Shown here one piece after another: positions 6,310-16,230 of a stretch of DNA of 64,000 nucleotides. Source of the stretch: Chitinophaga pinensis (GTDB lineage Bacteria > Bacteroidota > Bacteroidia > SXHM01); the NCBI GenBank assembly GCA_945870105.1, contig CAMBRL010000002.1, positions 4,246 through 68,245 of the forward strand, given 5' to 3'. Under the pieces are notes generated by a model. That model was not told the origin of the DNA, searched no databases, and was given only the letters and a program-made list of their open reading frames with translations. Position 1 is the first letter of the stretch; each line of letters opens with the position of its first letter. Position numbers and translations under genes: made by a program.

Positions 6310-9216
6310 TTAGTCTTTTGCAATCATCATCCGTTTGGTAGCTCTTACTTCTTTATTACTTAAGGTATAGAAGTAAACTCCCGCAGGAAGATTGCCTGTA
6401 AAGAATTCAATTTTGTTAAATCCTGCTGATGCCTGCACCTGACGGGTTTCTAAAAGTTTGCCTTCAATAGTAGTAACGGTAAGTACATAATCACCCGGAA
6501 GGTCAGAAACAAAGTTGATAACCGTACTGCTGTTAAACGGATTGGGGATGTTCTGCAACAGACTGAAACCCGGTGTTCCATTTTCTTCAATGCCGTTTGG
6601 TGGCTGAGTAATTACAACCGTAAGCGTACGTGTGCAGTTTGCATCGGTAACAGTAATCGTATACGTTCCTGCTGCTACGTTAAACAAGTCTTCAGTAGTA
6701 GCACCGTTGCTCCACGAAAGGGTAAAGGGCTGCGATGCTCCCGTTACCTCCACATCAATAAATCCGTTGGAGCCGTCAAAGGTTGTTACGTTTTGTGCCT
6801 GAATAGAATCAATTGAAATGGTACAGGTCAATTCAGGGAAACAGTTTCTGAGATAAACAGAGTCACGCTGACCAAAACCTGAGCAGGTTTCAACAATGGC
6901 AGGGAACTCACCCGGCACAGGAGGCACAACCAATTGAACCGACTCTGTTTGTCCGGGAGCTAAATCAATATTAAGCTCATCAAATGTATACACCTGATCT
7001 TCTGTAATCAGGTTGCAGCTATCTGCATAGTTTATAATCTGGAAAGGCGGCACAACAACAGATACAGCTCCAACTCCTATATTAGTTGCCGAAATAATCC
7101 ATGTGCCATTTGGGTCGCCCGGGAAAAGAGAAGTAAGCGGAATGCAAGGCAATGTTCCGCCCGGCAACAAATTAATAATCTGCTGTGAAATAACAATGTG
7201 GTTTCCGGGAAGATATTCGTCATTTACATTGTACGAAGTTCCGTCAGGGAAAATAAACACCAATGGGTCAAGTGCCCAACCGCTGTCGCCTGTTATAATC
7301 GGACAAATTTCCATGCGCGGACGGCAGTATGCAGTAAGCGTATCCCAAACCACAGGTTCAATGTTAGCCTCTTCGGCAATGAATGGTGTAATGAAATACC
7401 AGCCTTCTTCCAGACTGTCGGTAAGGTTGGCACACTGGCGTTGAATGGTGTAAGATGAATCATTCAATCCCGGAAAAACATAGCCTGCATCATTGGCAGC
7501 GCTTGCCTGTTGCTGATTGGTTACCGGACCAAAGTCTGAAGGTGTTACTGCCCATGCTACATTAAATCCGGGGCTTGCCACAAAGCCTTCTGAAATTACC
7601 TCTGCAAGATTACCGCAGCACAATGTGTCTTTAGAAACAGAAGCAATACCTCCTGCTAAACAAAGTGTGAAAGGAAATGAAGAACTCTGGCATCCTATAG
7701 CACTTGTAAATGTTACTGTATAAGGTCCGGCTGTGGTCTGTCCGCCAAGTGTGTTACCTGTTGAGTCAACTACAAGCACTCCGTTGTTATACCATTCCAC
7801 ATCATACAATCCGTTGTTGTTGTTGGTTATTTCCAATGCATCTATGCCCGGATTAAAAGTAATGAACGGCTGAGCAGGGTCATTTACAAATGATACACGG
7901 ATTGAGTCTGCACGGTTTAAACAGAAGTTAGTGGTGTCAGTAATCAGCAGGTTGTAATATCCTGTAGGACCGGGAACACTTACCCAAACTGCTTCGCTGT
8001 CTGAGATGAATGTTTCGCTTTGCGACCACTGATAAGTATAAGGACCTGAACTGGTGGTAAGCAATAATGAATCGCCAAGGCAAACGCTGTCGTTAGGTAA
8101 TGCAATCATTGGCGGTACTGGCGGGTTTGCAAAAACGGTGATGGTATCTTGTGTCTGATAAGTGGTGTCCAGCGCTAAAGCAATGGTATAGGTTCCGAAT
8201 GTTTCGGGTGTTGTGAAGTTGAATGTTCCGGGAGCAGAAACAAAGGTTGGATAGTTTCCAAGATTATCGTCTTGTGATGTTCCGTCCTCATCCCAAAAGT
8301 TAAGACTGAAGGCAGGGTTTTCAAGTACACGGTTTAGGTTACTCCAGGAATTGCTGATGTTGTTGCTTCCTGATGAGGAGGTATAATTCTGTGTTCCGTT
8401 TGTAAACGTGAAATACAAATCAGGGGACCCTTGACAAACTCCGAAAAGACTTATCTCTTCCACATCACCGCACCAGCCCGAACCGGAAGTGGTAACAGTT
8501 ACATCGGTCAGTACATAGTTGTAAACGGTAGTAGTAAGACTTGGGTAATAATCACCGGGTGTGGTGTAGGATTGAACCGGAGGATTTTGCTGTGTTGAAG
8601 TATTTCCATTGTCGAAATCCCAGTCATACTCAGTAACCTGATTAGGTGAGAAATCAAGGTAAGCCTCATACGTAACATCCAGTTCACCACAAGCTGATGG
8701 AGGATTGAAACCGAAATAAGGATTGCCGCCCGGAGCAGGTTCAACAATTAAAAACAAAGAGAAACTTGCAGGGTTGTTAATGGTTCCAATAGGTGTAGTA
8801 ACGTTGGCCACTACCGAAACCACTACGTTGTAGTTTCCGGGAACGGTGGGTGTTCCGCAGATTTTTACGCAACCGCGGCTATCCGCTGTTACAGTGTAAG
8901 CGCAGCCGGGCTGGTCGCAACTGTAGGCAAGTCCCGCAGGCATACCAACGATTTGGGTAACGGTAATTCCGTTCAGTGTTACGGATTGACCGCTTTGCTG
9001 GTCAACAAAATCGCGGGGCATAAAAAAGGTCAGGTTCTGGTCGTAAGGCTGGTTTTGAATGGCATTGGGCAACACAGCCGGACAAAGGGTTGGCGCCACA
9101 GGGTTAATACCTACTCCGCACTGGGTATCAATGATGCAGCCAGGGCATTGGGCGTAGGAAGTTAGAAGTGATAAGTTATACGTTATAAGTGCAAACGCAA
9201 GTAAAAATTTCTTCAT
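6310..9216 (-). CDS. Large T9SS-secreted protein with a PKD-like domain, one SprB-type repeat and a T9SS CTD
   Basis: Trimmed to MKKFLLAFALITYNLSLLTSYAQ (ATG 9216). Contains the PKD motif YDWDFDNGNTSTQQNP..YTTPGDY, the SprB repeat DGSNGFIDVEVTGASQPFTLSWSNGATTEDL..AGTYTITVTDANC, and the CTD IPNPFNSSTVINF...GVYFYTL. Confidence 0.85.
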   Translation of the reverse strand: MKKFLLAFALITYNLSLLTSYAQCPGCIIDTQCGVGINPVAPTLCPAVLPNAIQNQPYDQNLTFFMPRDFVDQQSGQSVTLNGITVTQIVGMPAGLAYSCDQPGCAYTVTADSRGCVKICGTPTVPGNYNVVVSVVANVTTPIGTINNPASFSLFLIVEPAPGGNPYFGFNPPSACGELDVTYEAYLDFSPNQVTEYDWDFDNGNTSTQQNPPVQSYTTPGDYYPSLTTTVYNYVLTDVTVTTSGSGWCGDVEEISLFGVCQGSPDLYFTFTNGTQNYTSSSGSNNISNSWSNLNRVLENPAFSLNFWDEDGTSQDDNLGNYPTFVSAPGTFNFTTPETFGTYTIALALDTTYQTQDTITVFANPPVPPMIALPNDSVCLGDSLLLTTSSGPYTYQWSQSETFISDSEAVWVSVPGPTGYYNLLITDTTNFCLNRADSIRVSFVNDPAQPFITFNPGIDALEITNNNNGLYDVEWYNNGVLVVDSTGNTLGGQTTAGPYTVTFTSAIGCQSSSFPFTLCLAGGIASVSKDTLCCGNLAEVISEGFVASPGFNVAWAVTPSDFGPVTNQQQASAANDAGYVFPGLNDSSYTIQRQCANLTDSLEEGWYFITPFIAEEANIEPVVWDTLTAYCRPRMEICPIITGDSGWALDPLVFIFPDGTSYNVNDEYLPGNHIVISQQIINLLPGGTLPCIPLTSLFPGDPNGTWIISATNIGVGAVSVVVPPFQIINYADSCNLITEDQVYTFDELNIDLAPGQTESVQLVVPPVPGEFPAIVETCSGFGQRDSVYLRNCFPELTCTISIDSIQAQNVTTFDGSNGFIDVEVTGASQPFTLSWSNGATTEDLFNVAAGTYTITVTDANCTRTLTVVITQPPNGIEENGTPGFSLLQNIPNPFNSSTVINFVSDLPGDYVLTVTTIEGKLLETRQVQASAGFNKIEFFTGNLPAGVYFYTLSNKEVRATKRMMIAKD
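9158..9186 (-). repeat. Family F7 repeat (ATAACgTATAACTTATCACTTcTAACTTC) inside signal-peptide codons
   Basis: 27 of 29 nt identical to 12577..12605, which lies in an unrelated gene. Both encode ITYNLSL(L/I)TS. Confidence 0.5.
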
Positions 9217-9288
9217 GATTTTAATAGATTTTAGAACGCGAATATATAAATTTTTGGCATCTTGCGCTGCCTTATGCCTGCAAAACAA

Positions 9289-9870
9289 ATGATAGCCGTA
9301 AAAGACACCCTTGTAAGTGATGAAATATTGTCTAAAAAGTTTGTGTGCGACCTTGGCGCCTGCAAAGGTGCCTGTTGTGTGGAAGGCGAGGGAGGCGCAC
9401 CCATTGACGAGGAAGAAGCACTTATACTTGAAGAGATTTATGAGCAGGTAAAACCCTTCATGAACGAAACGGGCATAAAAACCATTGCCAAAAAAGGCAA
9501 GTGGGTTAAGAACGAAGCCAACGAACTGGAAACTCCTTTGAACTCACGCAACAAACACTGCGCTTACGTGGTGTTTGACGAAAACAAAATAGCCAAGTGC
9601 GCCATTGAAATGGCCAACCGTGCCGGCAAGATTGACTTCAAGAAACCCGTTTCGTGCCACCTCTACCCCATCCGTACTAAGGATATGAAAAGCTACCTTG
9701 CTTTGAACTACGAGAAGTGGAGCGTATGCAAACCCGCCCTGAGTTGTGGCGAAAAACTCAATGTTCCCGTTTACAAATTTCTGAAAGAACCTTTAATACG
9801 CAAGTTTGGAAAGGCGTGGTATAAGGAACTGGAGGCGATTGCTGCGGAGTGGGAGAAAGGGAAAGAATAA
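9289..9870 (+). CDS. DUF3109 family protein
   Basis: KFVCDLGACKGACCVEGEGGAPIDEEE... is the characteristic Cys cluster. ATG 9289 (MIAVKDTLVSDEI) is preferred; ATG 9274 is also possible. Confidence 0.8.
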   Translation: MIAVKDTLVSDEILSKKFVCDLGACKGACCVEGEGGAPIDEEEALILEEIYEQVKPFMNETGIKTIAKKGKWVKNEANELETPLNSRNKHCAYVVFDENKIAKCAIEMANRAGKIDFKKPVSCHLYPIRTKDMKSYLALNYEKWSVCKPALSCGEKLNVPVYKFLKEPLIRKFGKAWYKELEAIAAEWEKGKE

Positions 9871-9915
9871 TATTTTTGATTTACTGCGGTCAGCGACTGC
9901 CGACTGCTATGCGGC

Positions 9916-11106
9916 TTATTCCCGTATAGCCTTCACCCCCGGCAACTCAATGCCTTCCATGTATTCCAGCAGTGCGCCACCGCCTGTTGATACATAGCTA
10001 ACCTTATCGGTAAGGTGAAACTGGTTGACGGCAGCCACCGAGTCGCCACCGCCTACTAAGGAATAAGCGCCTTTGGCTGTTGCTGCTGCTACTGCTAGTG
10101 CCACTTCTTTGGTTCCGCTTTCAAAGCTGCTCATTTCAAAAACGCCCATGGGTCCGTTCCACAAAATGGTTTTAGAGTTTTCAATTACCAAGGCATATTC
10201 CTCTGCCGCCTGCGGACCAATATCCAGGCCCATGAAGCCATCGGGTATTTCAAACGAAAGGCAGTGAACGGTTTTGGCTGCATTGTCAAATTTATCACCG
10301 CAAATCGAATCGCTGGGAAGATAAATCTGTACTCCTTTTTCTTTGGCTGCTTTAAGAATATCTAAAGCCGTTTGCAACTTGTCGTCTTCCACCAACGAAG
10401 AGCCAACCTGTTTGCCCATCGCTTTAAAAAACGTGTAGCTCATGCCTCCACCTATAATAATGTTGTCAACCTTATCCAGCAAATTGGTAATGATGGATAT
10501 TTTGCCCGAAACCTTTGCGCCACCCATAATGGCCGTGAAGGGACGTTCGGCATTTTTTAAAACTTTGTCGATGCTGTTCAGCTCACCACTCATCACATAG
10601 CCAAACATTTTTTCTTCAGGGAAGAAATGCGCAACAATAGTGGTAGAAGCATGGGCGCGGTGTGCCGTGCCGAAGGCATCGTTGATATACACATCGCCCA
10701 GCGAGGCGAGTTGCTTGGCAAAATCCTCCGTTCCTGCCTCTTCCTGTTTATGAAAACGCAGGTTTTCCAGCAAAAGAACTTCACCCGGTATTAAAGCAGC
10801 TGCAGCAGAAGTTGCTTTCTCACCAATGCAATCCTCAGCAAACTTTACCTCCACCGAAAGAAGTTTAGAAAGATGCGCAACAATATGTTTCAGTGAATAT
10901 TTGTTGGTAGGCCCGTCCTTTGGTCTTCCCAAATGCGACATCAGAATAACAGAACCGCCACCGCTAAGCACCTTCTTTATAGTAGGTATGGCAGCACGTA
11001 TGCGGGTATCATCGGTAACAACATGCTCGGCATTCAGCGGCACATTAAAGTCAACGCGTATCAGGGCTTTTTTGCCGCTGAAGTTATAGGTGTCAATGTT
11101 TTTCAT
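9916..11106 (-). CDS. pgk: Phosphoglycerate kinase
   Basis: Full-length 396 aa with [17 protein letters not shown]-like and GGGDS motifs. Confidence 0.97.
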   Translation of the reverse strand: MKNIDTYNFSGKKALIRVDFNVPLNAEHVVTDDTRIRAAIPTIKKVLSGGGSVILMSHLGRPKDGPTNKYSLKHIVAHLSKLLSVEVKFAEDCIGEKATSAAAALIPGEVLLLENLRFHKQEEAGTEDFAKQLASLGDVYINDAFGTAHRAHASTTIVAHFFPEEKMFGYVMSGELNSIDKVLKNAERPFTAIMGGAKVSGKISIITNLLDKVDNIIIGGGMSYTFFKAMGKQVGSSLVEDDKLQTALDILKAAKEKGVQIYLPSDSICGDKFDNAAKTVHCLSFEIPDGFMGLDIGPQAAEEYALVIENSKTILWNGPMGVFEMSSFESGTKEVALAVAAATAKGAYSLVGGGDSVAAVNQFHLTDKVSYVSTGGGALLEYMEGIELPGVKAIRE

Positions 11107-11111
11107 GCACG

Positions 11112-11119
11112 CAAAAGTA
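11112..11119 (-). promoter_or_regulatory. -7 box TACTTTTG, 5 nt upstream of the pgk ATG
   Basis: Exact TAnnTTTG match; the spacing implies a leaderless or near-leaderless mRNA. Confidence 0.5.
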
Positions 11120-11156
11120 AAAGAAAAAGATTGCGGAAATGTGGTTTAGTACTCTG

Positions 11157-11199
11157 CTCTCCTCTCCTTTTTTCAAGGAGAGGGGTAAGGGGGTGAGGC
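11157..11199. repeat. Family F5 hairpin repeat (CTCTCCTCTCC..GGAGAGGGGTAAGGGGGTGAGGC)
   Basis: Stem CTCTCC/GGAGAG followed by a GGGGTGAGGC tail. Lies between the MFS stop and the pgk start. A related copy is at 60568..60600. Confidence 0.65.
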
Positions 11200-12386
11200 T
11201 ACTCCACCGCCTTCAACCTCCTACCCACCACAATACAAAGCAAGGTAGCCGCAATTGCCAGGTAACCGGCATACTGATAATTTATCATTTTGCCCGAAGC
11301 TTCTGTCATAACAATCATACCGCCAATCATAGAAGCGCCTGCGGAAGAAAACTGCTGCACAGCTGAATTGATACTCATAAAACTGGCGCGGTGCTGCGGC
11401 TCAACAGCGCTTGTTATCATAGTCATACCCGGAACAGTTCGCCCCGAAATAAAAACAAAAAACAAAACTGAAACCACCAACACAATCCACAACGGAGTGG
11501 TCTGCACATTGGTAACAATAAACAACGGAATAACTGAAAGTAAAGCAAGAATAGTAAACACCTTTGGCTTGCCGTATTTATCTGAAAGCCTTCCAATCCA
11601 GGGCGAGGTAAAGAAGGTAGCAGTGCCGCCCAGCAGGTAAACATACGTCAGTTCCTTTTCGGAAACGCCCATGTTGCTTACCATATACGGACTGATAAAG
11701 GGTATCACCACAAACTGCCCCATCACCATCAGAAACATAAAGAGTAATGCCTTCAGTAAGTTGGGAGTTCGGCCAATGTTGAGCAGAAAATCAAAGATGC
11801 GCTCGTCTTTATTACTCTTACCAATATGAGCGTGCAGGGTAGGAATGTAAAAATAAATGCCCGCTGTAATCACTACACCCGCCAGACCTAATGCATGAAA
11901 AGGCAAATGCCAATCGGCAATAGACGCCAGAAACAAACCCAGCGGAACACCTACTGCCGAAGCAAACGAAAACGAAGCCATCACCACACCCATTGCCCCT
12001 GCCCTTCGCTCAAACGGGAAAGCATCGGCAATGATGGAATAAACCAAGGCATTCATTACACCGCCAAAAGCACCGGTAAGAATGCGGGCAGCCAGCAAAA
12101 ACTCATACGAGTTGGCAAAGCCGCAGGAAAAAGTTCCCATAGTAAAACAGATGTATGAAAAGAGCAACACTTTCTTGCGGTCGAACCTGTCGGCCACAAA
12201 CGCAAACATAAAACCAACAACCCCTGCGCTAAACGTATAAGACGAAACCATCAACGCAAACTGCTGCGGATTCATTTCCAGCAAACGCATCAACTGCGGA
12301 CCCAAAGGCATCACAATCATAAAGTCCACAATGTGCGTGAACTGTATAGCTGCCAGAAGGAAGAGAAGGATTTTTTCTTTGCTCAT
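11199..12386 (-). CDS. MFS transporter
   Basis: 395 aa, about 12 TM helices, DRFDRKKV loop motif after TM2. Confidence 0.9.
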   Translation of the reverse strand: MSKEKILLFLLAAIQFTHIVDFMIVMPLGPQLMRLLEMNPQQFALMVSSYTFSAGVVGFMFAFVADRFDRKKVLLFSYICFTMGTFSCGFANSYEFLLAARILTGAFGGVMNALVYSIIADAFPFERRAGAMGVVMASFSFASAVGVPLGLFLASIADWHLPFHALGLAGVVITAGIYFYIPTLHAHIGKSNKDERIFDFLLNIGRTPNLLKALLFMFLMVMGQFVVIPFISPYMVSNMGVSEKELTYVYLLGGTATFFTSPWIGRLSDKYGKPKVFTILALLSVIPLFIVTNVQTTPLWIVLVVSVLFFVFISGRTVPGMTMITSAVEPQHRASFMSINSAVQQFSSAGASMIGGMIVMTEASGKMINYQYAGYLAIAATLLCIVVGRRLKAVE

Positions 12387-12400
12387 AAAATGGAGGGCGG

Positions 12401-12408
12401 CAAAGCTA
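12401..12408 (-). promoter_or_regulatory. -7 box TAGCTTTG for the MFS gene
   Basis: TAnnTTTG match 14 nt upstream of the ATG at 12386. Confidence 0.45.
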
Positions 12409-12456
12409 AATGTATTTTGTTTGAAATGAATTGAGCAGCGTAAACAAATACATCGT

Positions 12457-12464
12457 TACTTTTG
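12457..12464 (+). promoter_or_regulatory. -7 box TACTTTTG for the 12550..13787 operon
   Basis: TAnnTTTG match. The F1 composite repeat would lie in the resulting 5' UTR. Confidence 0.45.
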
Positions 12465-12474
12465 TTTTCTATAA

Positions 12475-12535
12475 CGTCATGCTGAACTTGTTTCAGCATC
12501 TTAAAATAAAAATCCTGAAACAAGTTCAGGGTGAC
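12475..12535. repeat. Family F1 composite element: two hairpins forming a ~61-bp inverted repeat
   Basis: CGTCATGCTGAACTTGTTTCAGCATC..spacer..ATCCTGAAACAAGTTCAGGGTGAC. Same architecture as 57065..57126 and 60038..60098. Confidence 0.8.
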
Positions 12536-12549
12536 ACCCCGAATACAAA

Positions 12550-13221
12550 ATGAAAAAACTACTCCTCTTTGCATTCATAACTTATAACTTATCACTTATA
12601 ACTTCTTCCACCCACGCACAAAGCTTTGGCGGAGGTTTAATAGCAGGCGCCACTTTTAGTCAGTTGCTCGGCACAGATATTTATGGTTTTCAGAAAGCGG
12701 GTTTTGTTGGCGGTGTGTATGCCAACCGCAAAATCAAAACCAAATCAGCGGTTCAGATTGAAATGGTTTTTGTGCAAAAGGGGCTCAGAAAATTTTACAA
12801 AGACACTATCAGTGGCGGAACACGCTTTGTTAACCGCAATCTTAATTACATAGAAGTTCCGTTAGTATTTAAATCAAAACTGATAGGACGTTTCGATTTT
12901 GAGCTTGGATTATCGGGAGCAGTATTGATAAGCACAAAATTCAGAAACGAAAATGGTGAAGGTGAATTGTATGATTTCAACCAGCAAACTTTCAATCGTT
13001 TTGAGTTTGGCTGTTTGGGCGGCCTTAACTTCCGCATCTCCGATAGTTTTGACCTTAACCTGCGTTACCTCAATTCCGTTCTCCGGGTTCGCAAACACCA
13101 GGCAGGACAAACACAGATGTATGGCGGCCTGCGTCTAAATAATGGTGAGTATAATTCTGTATTGCAAGTGAGCTTGCGCTACAAGTTCAATACTAATAAA
13201 GAAGAGAACAAAGCCGAATGA
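12550..13221 (+). CDS. Outer-membrane beta-barrel (porin-family) protein
   Basis: Signal peptide MKKLLLFAFITYNLSLITSSTHAQ, beta-strand pattern, C-terminal ..VLQVSLRYKF. Confidence 0.75.
   Translation: MKKLLLFAFITYNLSLITSSTHAQSFGGGLIAGATFSQLLGTDIYGFQKAGFVGGVYANRKIKTKSAVQIEMVFVQKGLRKFYKDTISGGTRFVNRNLNYIEVPLVFKSKLIGRFDFELGLSGAVLISTKFRNENGEGELYDFNQQTFNRFEFGCLGGLNFRISDSFDLNLRYLNSVLRVRKHQAGQTQMYGGLRLNNGEYNSVLQVSLRYKFNTNKEENKAE
12577..12605 (+). repeat. Family F7 repeat (ATAACTTATAACTTATCACTTATAACTTC) inside signal-peptide codons
   Basis: See 9158..9186. Confidence 0.5.
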
Positions 13222-13787
13222 GTAAACATAAAATAGTAGTAGCCGTTACCGGTGCCAGCGGAGCCATTTATGCCAAAGTGCTGTTTGATAAACTGCAACA
13301 ACTGCACGAACAGATTGAAGATGTTGGCGTGGTGATGAGTGACAATGCGCGTGATGTCTGGAAGTTTGAATTGGGCAATACCGATTATGAAAAGCTGCCT
13401 TTTAAAATCTACAGCAAGAATGATTTCTTTTCGCCCTTTGCATCCGGCTCGGCAAAATATAACACCATGATTGTTTGTCCTTGCAGCATGGGAACACTGG
13501 CAAGAATAGCGACTGGTATATCCAATGATTTAACCACTCGCGCAGCCGATGTAATTTTGAAAGAGCGCAGAAAGTTAATCCTCATTCCCCGCGATACGCC
13601 TTACAGCTTGATTCACATCAACAATATGAAAACCATTACCGAAGCAGGTGGAATAATTTGCCCTGCTTCGCCATCATTTTACAGTCAGCCAAAAAGCTTT
13701 GAAGATCTTGCCGCCACCGTTGTTGACCGCGTTCTGGATTTAGCCGGACTGGAAATAAAAAGTTTTCGCTGGAAAGAAAATAACTAA
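13218..13787 (+). CDS. ubiX: Flavin prenyltransferase UbiX
   Basis: VAVTGASGAIYA..., CPCSMGTLARIA, 189 aa. ATGA overlap with the upstream gene. Confidence 0.93.
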   Translation: MSKHKIVVAVTGASGAIYAKVLFDKLQQLHEQIEDVGVVMSDNARDVWKFELGNTDYEKLPFKIYSKNDFFSPFASGSAKYNTMIVCPCSMGTLARIATGISNDLTTRAADVILKERRKLILIPRDTPYSLIHINNMKTITEAGGIICPASPSFYSQPKSFEDLAATVVDRVLDLAGLEIKSFRWKENN

Positions 13788-13795
13788 GTTTGGAG

Positions 13796-14848
13796 ATGAA
13801 AAACCTCTGGCTACTATTCTTAGTATTCTTTGCTTCCTGCGCTGCTCCCATTCTTGATGAGCCAACCATCATCACTACCTTTCAGGAAAGCGGACTTGAT
13901 TGCTCATGGGATCCATCAGGCAGTAACCGCATACTCTACTCGCAAAAAGGAACTGACACTTATTATGATATTCACATGTCCTATCCTGACGGAACGGAAG
14001 ATACGTGTTTAACCTGCGACCATTCTGCTTTGCCCAATAAACATATCGCCAACATGGCCTGGAGTTATGATGGCAAATGGTGCATTTTTGTTGCCGAAAA
14101 AGCTGTGCATTCCGGCTCTTCAACAGACGCACTTCCGGGATTTGGTGCATACTGCGATATCTGGATTATGCGTGTTGACAGCAGCGCCATCTTTAAAATA
14201 GTTGACATCCCGAATGATTACGACCACGGTGTTATATGTCCACGCTTTTCACCCGACATGACCAAGATTTCATGGACAGACAGAGTGGAAGCACCTAATG
14301 TTTTGGACGGGAAAAAACTTGCGGGTTATTGGGTAATTAAGATGGCTGATTTTGCTTTTGATTCAACAGGTATTCCTGTGGTAAGTAATGTTCAAATCGT
14401 ACCGACAGGCGAACCTTCGTTTTATGAGTGTTACGGATTTTCACCCGACAACCAGCAACTGATTTATTGCAGCAGTGTTAATCAGCCTTCATTTTGGGAT
14501 CAACACATTTATACCATTAATGTTGACGGAACCAATATTCAAAAACTCACCGACAAAAATTATAACGAACATGGGCACTACCGTCATGACGGAAACAAAA
14601 TTGTGTGGATGAGCAACACCGAAAGCAAAGCCGGTGGCACCGACTGGTGGATAATGAACTCTGATGGCAGTGATAAAAAACGCCTCAGTTATATGAACGA
14701 ACCCCAGAACGGACAATATGCAGGACACGCTGTCTGGGCGGGCCTTGGTTCGTTTGACCCTGTAAATCAAAACCGCTTTATCAGCGGAGTGCAATTAGAC
14801 CTTATCTCACAGGAAGGTAAAATTGTGATTGTGGAAATTCTTCCCTGA
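13796..14848 (+). CDS. Secreted PD40/TolB-like beta-propeller protein, hypothetical
   Basis: Signal or lipoprotein-like N-terminus LFLVFFASCAAP. Repeated FSPD..(I/L).(W/Y) motifs (FSPDMTKISWTD, FSPDNQQLIYCS, HDGNKIVWMS). Confidence 0.7.
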   Translation: MKNLWLLFLVFFASCAAPILDEPTIITTFQESGLDCSWDPSGSNRILYSQKGTDTYYDIHMSYPDGTEDTCLTCDHSALPNKHIANMAWSYDGKWCIFVAEKAVHSGSSTDALPGFGAYCDIWIMRVDSSAIFKIVDIPNDYDHGVICPRFSPDMTKISWTDRVEAPNVLDGKKLAGYWVIKMADFAFDSTGIPVVSNVQIVPTGEPSFYECYGFSPDNQQLIYCSSVNQPSFWDQHIYTINVDGTNIQKLTDKNYNEHGHYRHDGNKIVWMSNTESKAGGTDWWIMNSDGSDKKRLSYMNEPQNGQYAGHAVWAGLGSFDPVNQNRFISGVQLDLISQEGKIVIVEILP

Positions 14849-14955
14849 AAATTATTTTTTATTTTTTGTAACGAATGACTGTTGCATGTATTATGTGAGT
14901 ATAACCCACATACTATATGCTGCAATTCTACGTTAACTAATTAAAACCAATCAAC

Positions 14956-16194
14956 ATGAAAAAGTCCATCTGCGTTTTCGCCTTAGTAATTACACTTTGC
15001 GGAAACATCCAAGCACAACCTGTTCAACGTGCCAATGTTTATTTTGAAAACAACAGCGCTGAACTTACTGCAAGCGTTAGCGGTTTGCTCGACACCATTT
15101 ATTCCAAACTGCCCGAGGGCAAAAAAATTCGCATTGGTCTGGTAGGCGATGGCGAAGATTTTTCGATGACACGTTTCAGCGATGAACGTTTTAACAGTGT
15201 GCAGCAATACCTACTTTCAAAAAATGTAAAGCCTGAATTTATCCGTTATGAAATTACTGCATCGGGTGGCGAAGCAGTAATTGAAAAAGAAGTAATTATT
15301 TCTGCAAAAAGCATCTTGGGTATTGATGATTATTTCTCCAAGAATATTCAATCGTTCACGATCAATCCTGCGGAAGAAAATACAATTCGCGGTGAGAAGG
15401 GGACTGAGATCACTTTTCCGGCTTATGCTTTTTTGTGCGCTGATGGTTCAGAGCCCGGAGATAAAATTCGCATTGAGTTACAGGAGTTTTACAGCCGCGG
15501 TGATTTGCTGAAAGCTGACCTGCATACCATGTCAGGGAGTAACATTCTGGAAACCGGAGGCACCGTTCACATTGCTGCATTTTGTGGTGATGAAGAGGCA
15601 CAACTTGCAGATGGCGCGCAAATGACTTTAGCTTTTCCTTACAAACAATACAAAGAAGGGATGCAAACCTTTAACGGTTTTGCTGAAGACGGAAATCTTG
15701 ATTGGGTAGCTTCGGGTGAACCGGTTGATGCACCCGTTTCAGAAGAAGACATGTATTATGACCCCGAAACCGAACAATATTACAGCAACATAGGTGATGT
15801 TTATTTCCAAGTAAATAAAAACGAAGCAGGGTTAGATAACTATTTACTAAGTAGCGGCTCTTTAGGCTGGATTAACTGCGACCGCTTTTATGACGACCCA
15901 ACCGAAAAAATGGAAATTGTGGTAAGCGTTGATACTGCATTACATCCATCCGTGCGTTTGGTTTTCAAAAACATTCAATCGGTAATGTCAGGCTACGCTG
16001 ATGAGAACGGGAAAATACGTTTTGAAGGGATTCCGCAAGGCAGTGAAGTAAGTTTAATTGCTTACAGCATTGTGGATAACAAACCCTACATGGCTATGAA
16101 AAACATTGCTGTAACTGCAAATAGTGAAGAGAAAATGCTGCTTACCGAAACTAGCAAAAAATGGATGGAGCGGGAACTACTGAGTTTGAAGTAA
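14956..16194 (+). CDS. Secreted hypothetical protein with a degenerate OmpA-C-like N-terminal segment
   Basis: Signal peptide MKKSICVFALVITLCGNIQAQ. VYFENNSAELT...LVGDGED...ERFNSVQQYL loosely follows the OmpA-like pattern. Confidence 0.6.
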   Translation: MKKSICVFALVITLCGNIQAQPVQRANVYFENNSAELTASVSGLLDTIYSKLPEGKKIRIGLVGDGEDFSMTRFSDERFNSVQQYLLSKNVKPEFIRYEITASGGEAVIEKEVIISAKSILGIDDYFSKNIQSFTINPAEENTIRGEKGTEITFPAYAFLCADGSEPGDKIRIELQEFYSRGDLLKADLHTMSGSNILETGGTVHIAAFCGDEEAQLADGAQMTLAFPYKQYKEGMQTFNGFAEDGNLDWVASGEPVDAPVSEEDMYYDPETEQYYSNIGDVYFQVNKNEAGLDNYLLSSGSLGWINCDRFYDDPTEKMEIVVSVDTALHPSVRLVFKNIQSVMSGYADENGKIRFEGIPQGSEVSLIAYSIVDNKPYMAMKNIAVTANSEEKMLLTETSKKWMERELLSLK

Positions 16195-16230
16195 AACTAT
16201 TAACGGGCGTTTCCCGTCTCATTATTTGCC

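Noticed and set aside
12383-12574. 63-aa ORF containing MLKQVQHD.
   Set aside because: It is composed of the F1 composite repeat in the divergent promoter region. This is a typical repeat-derived pseudo-ORF.
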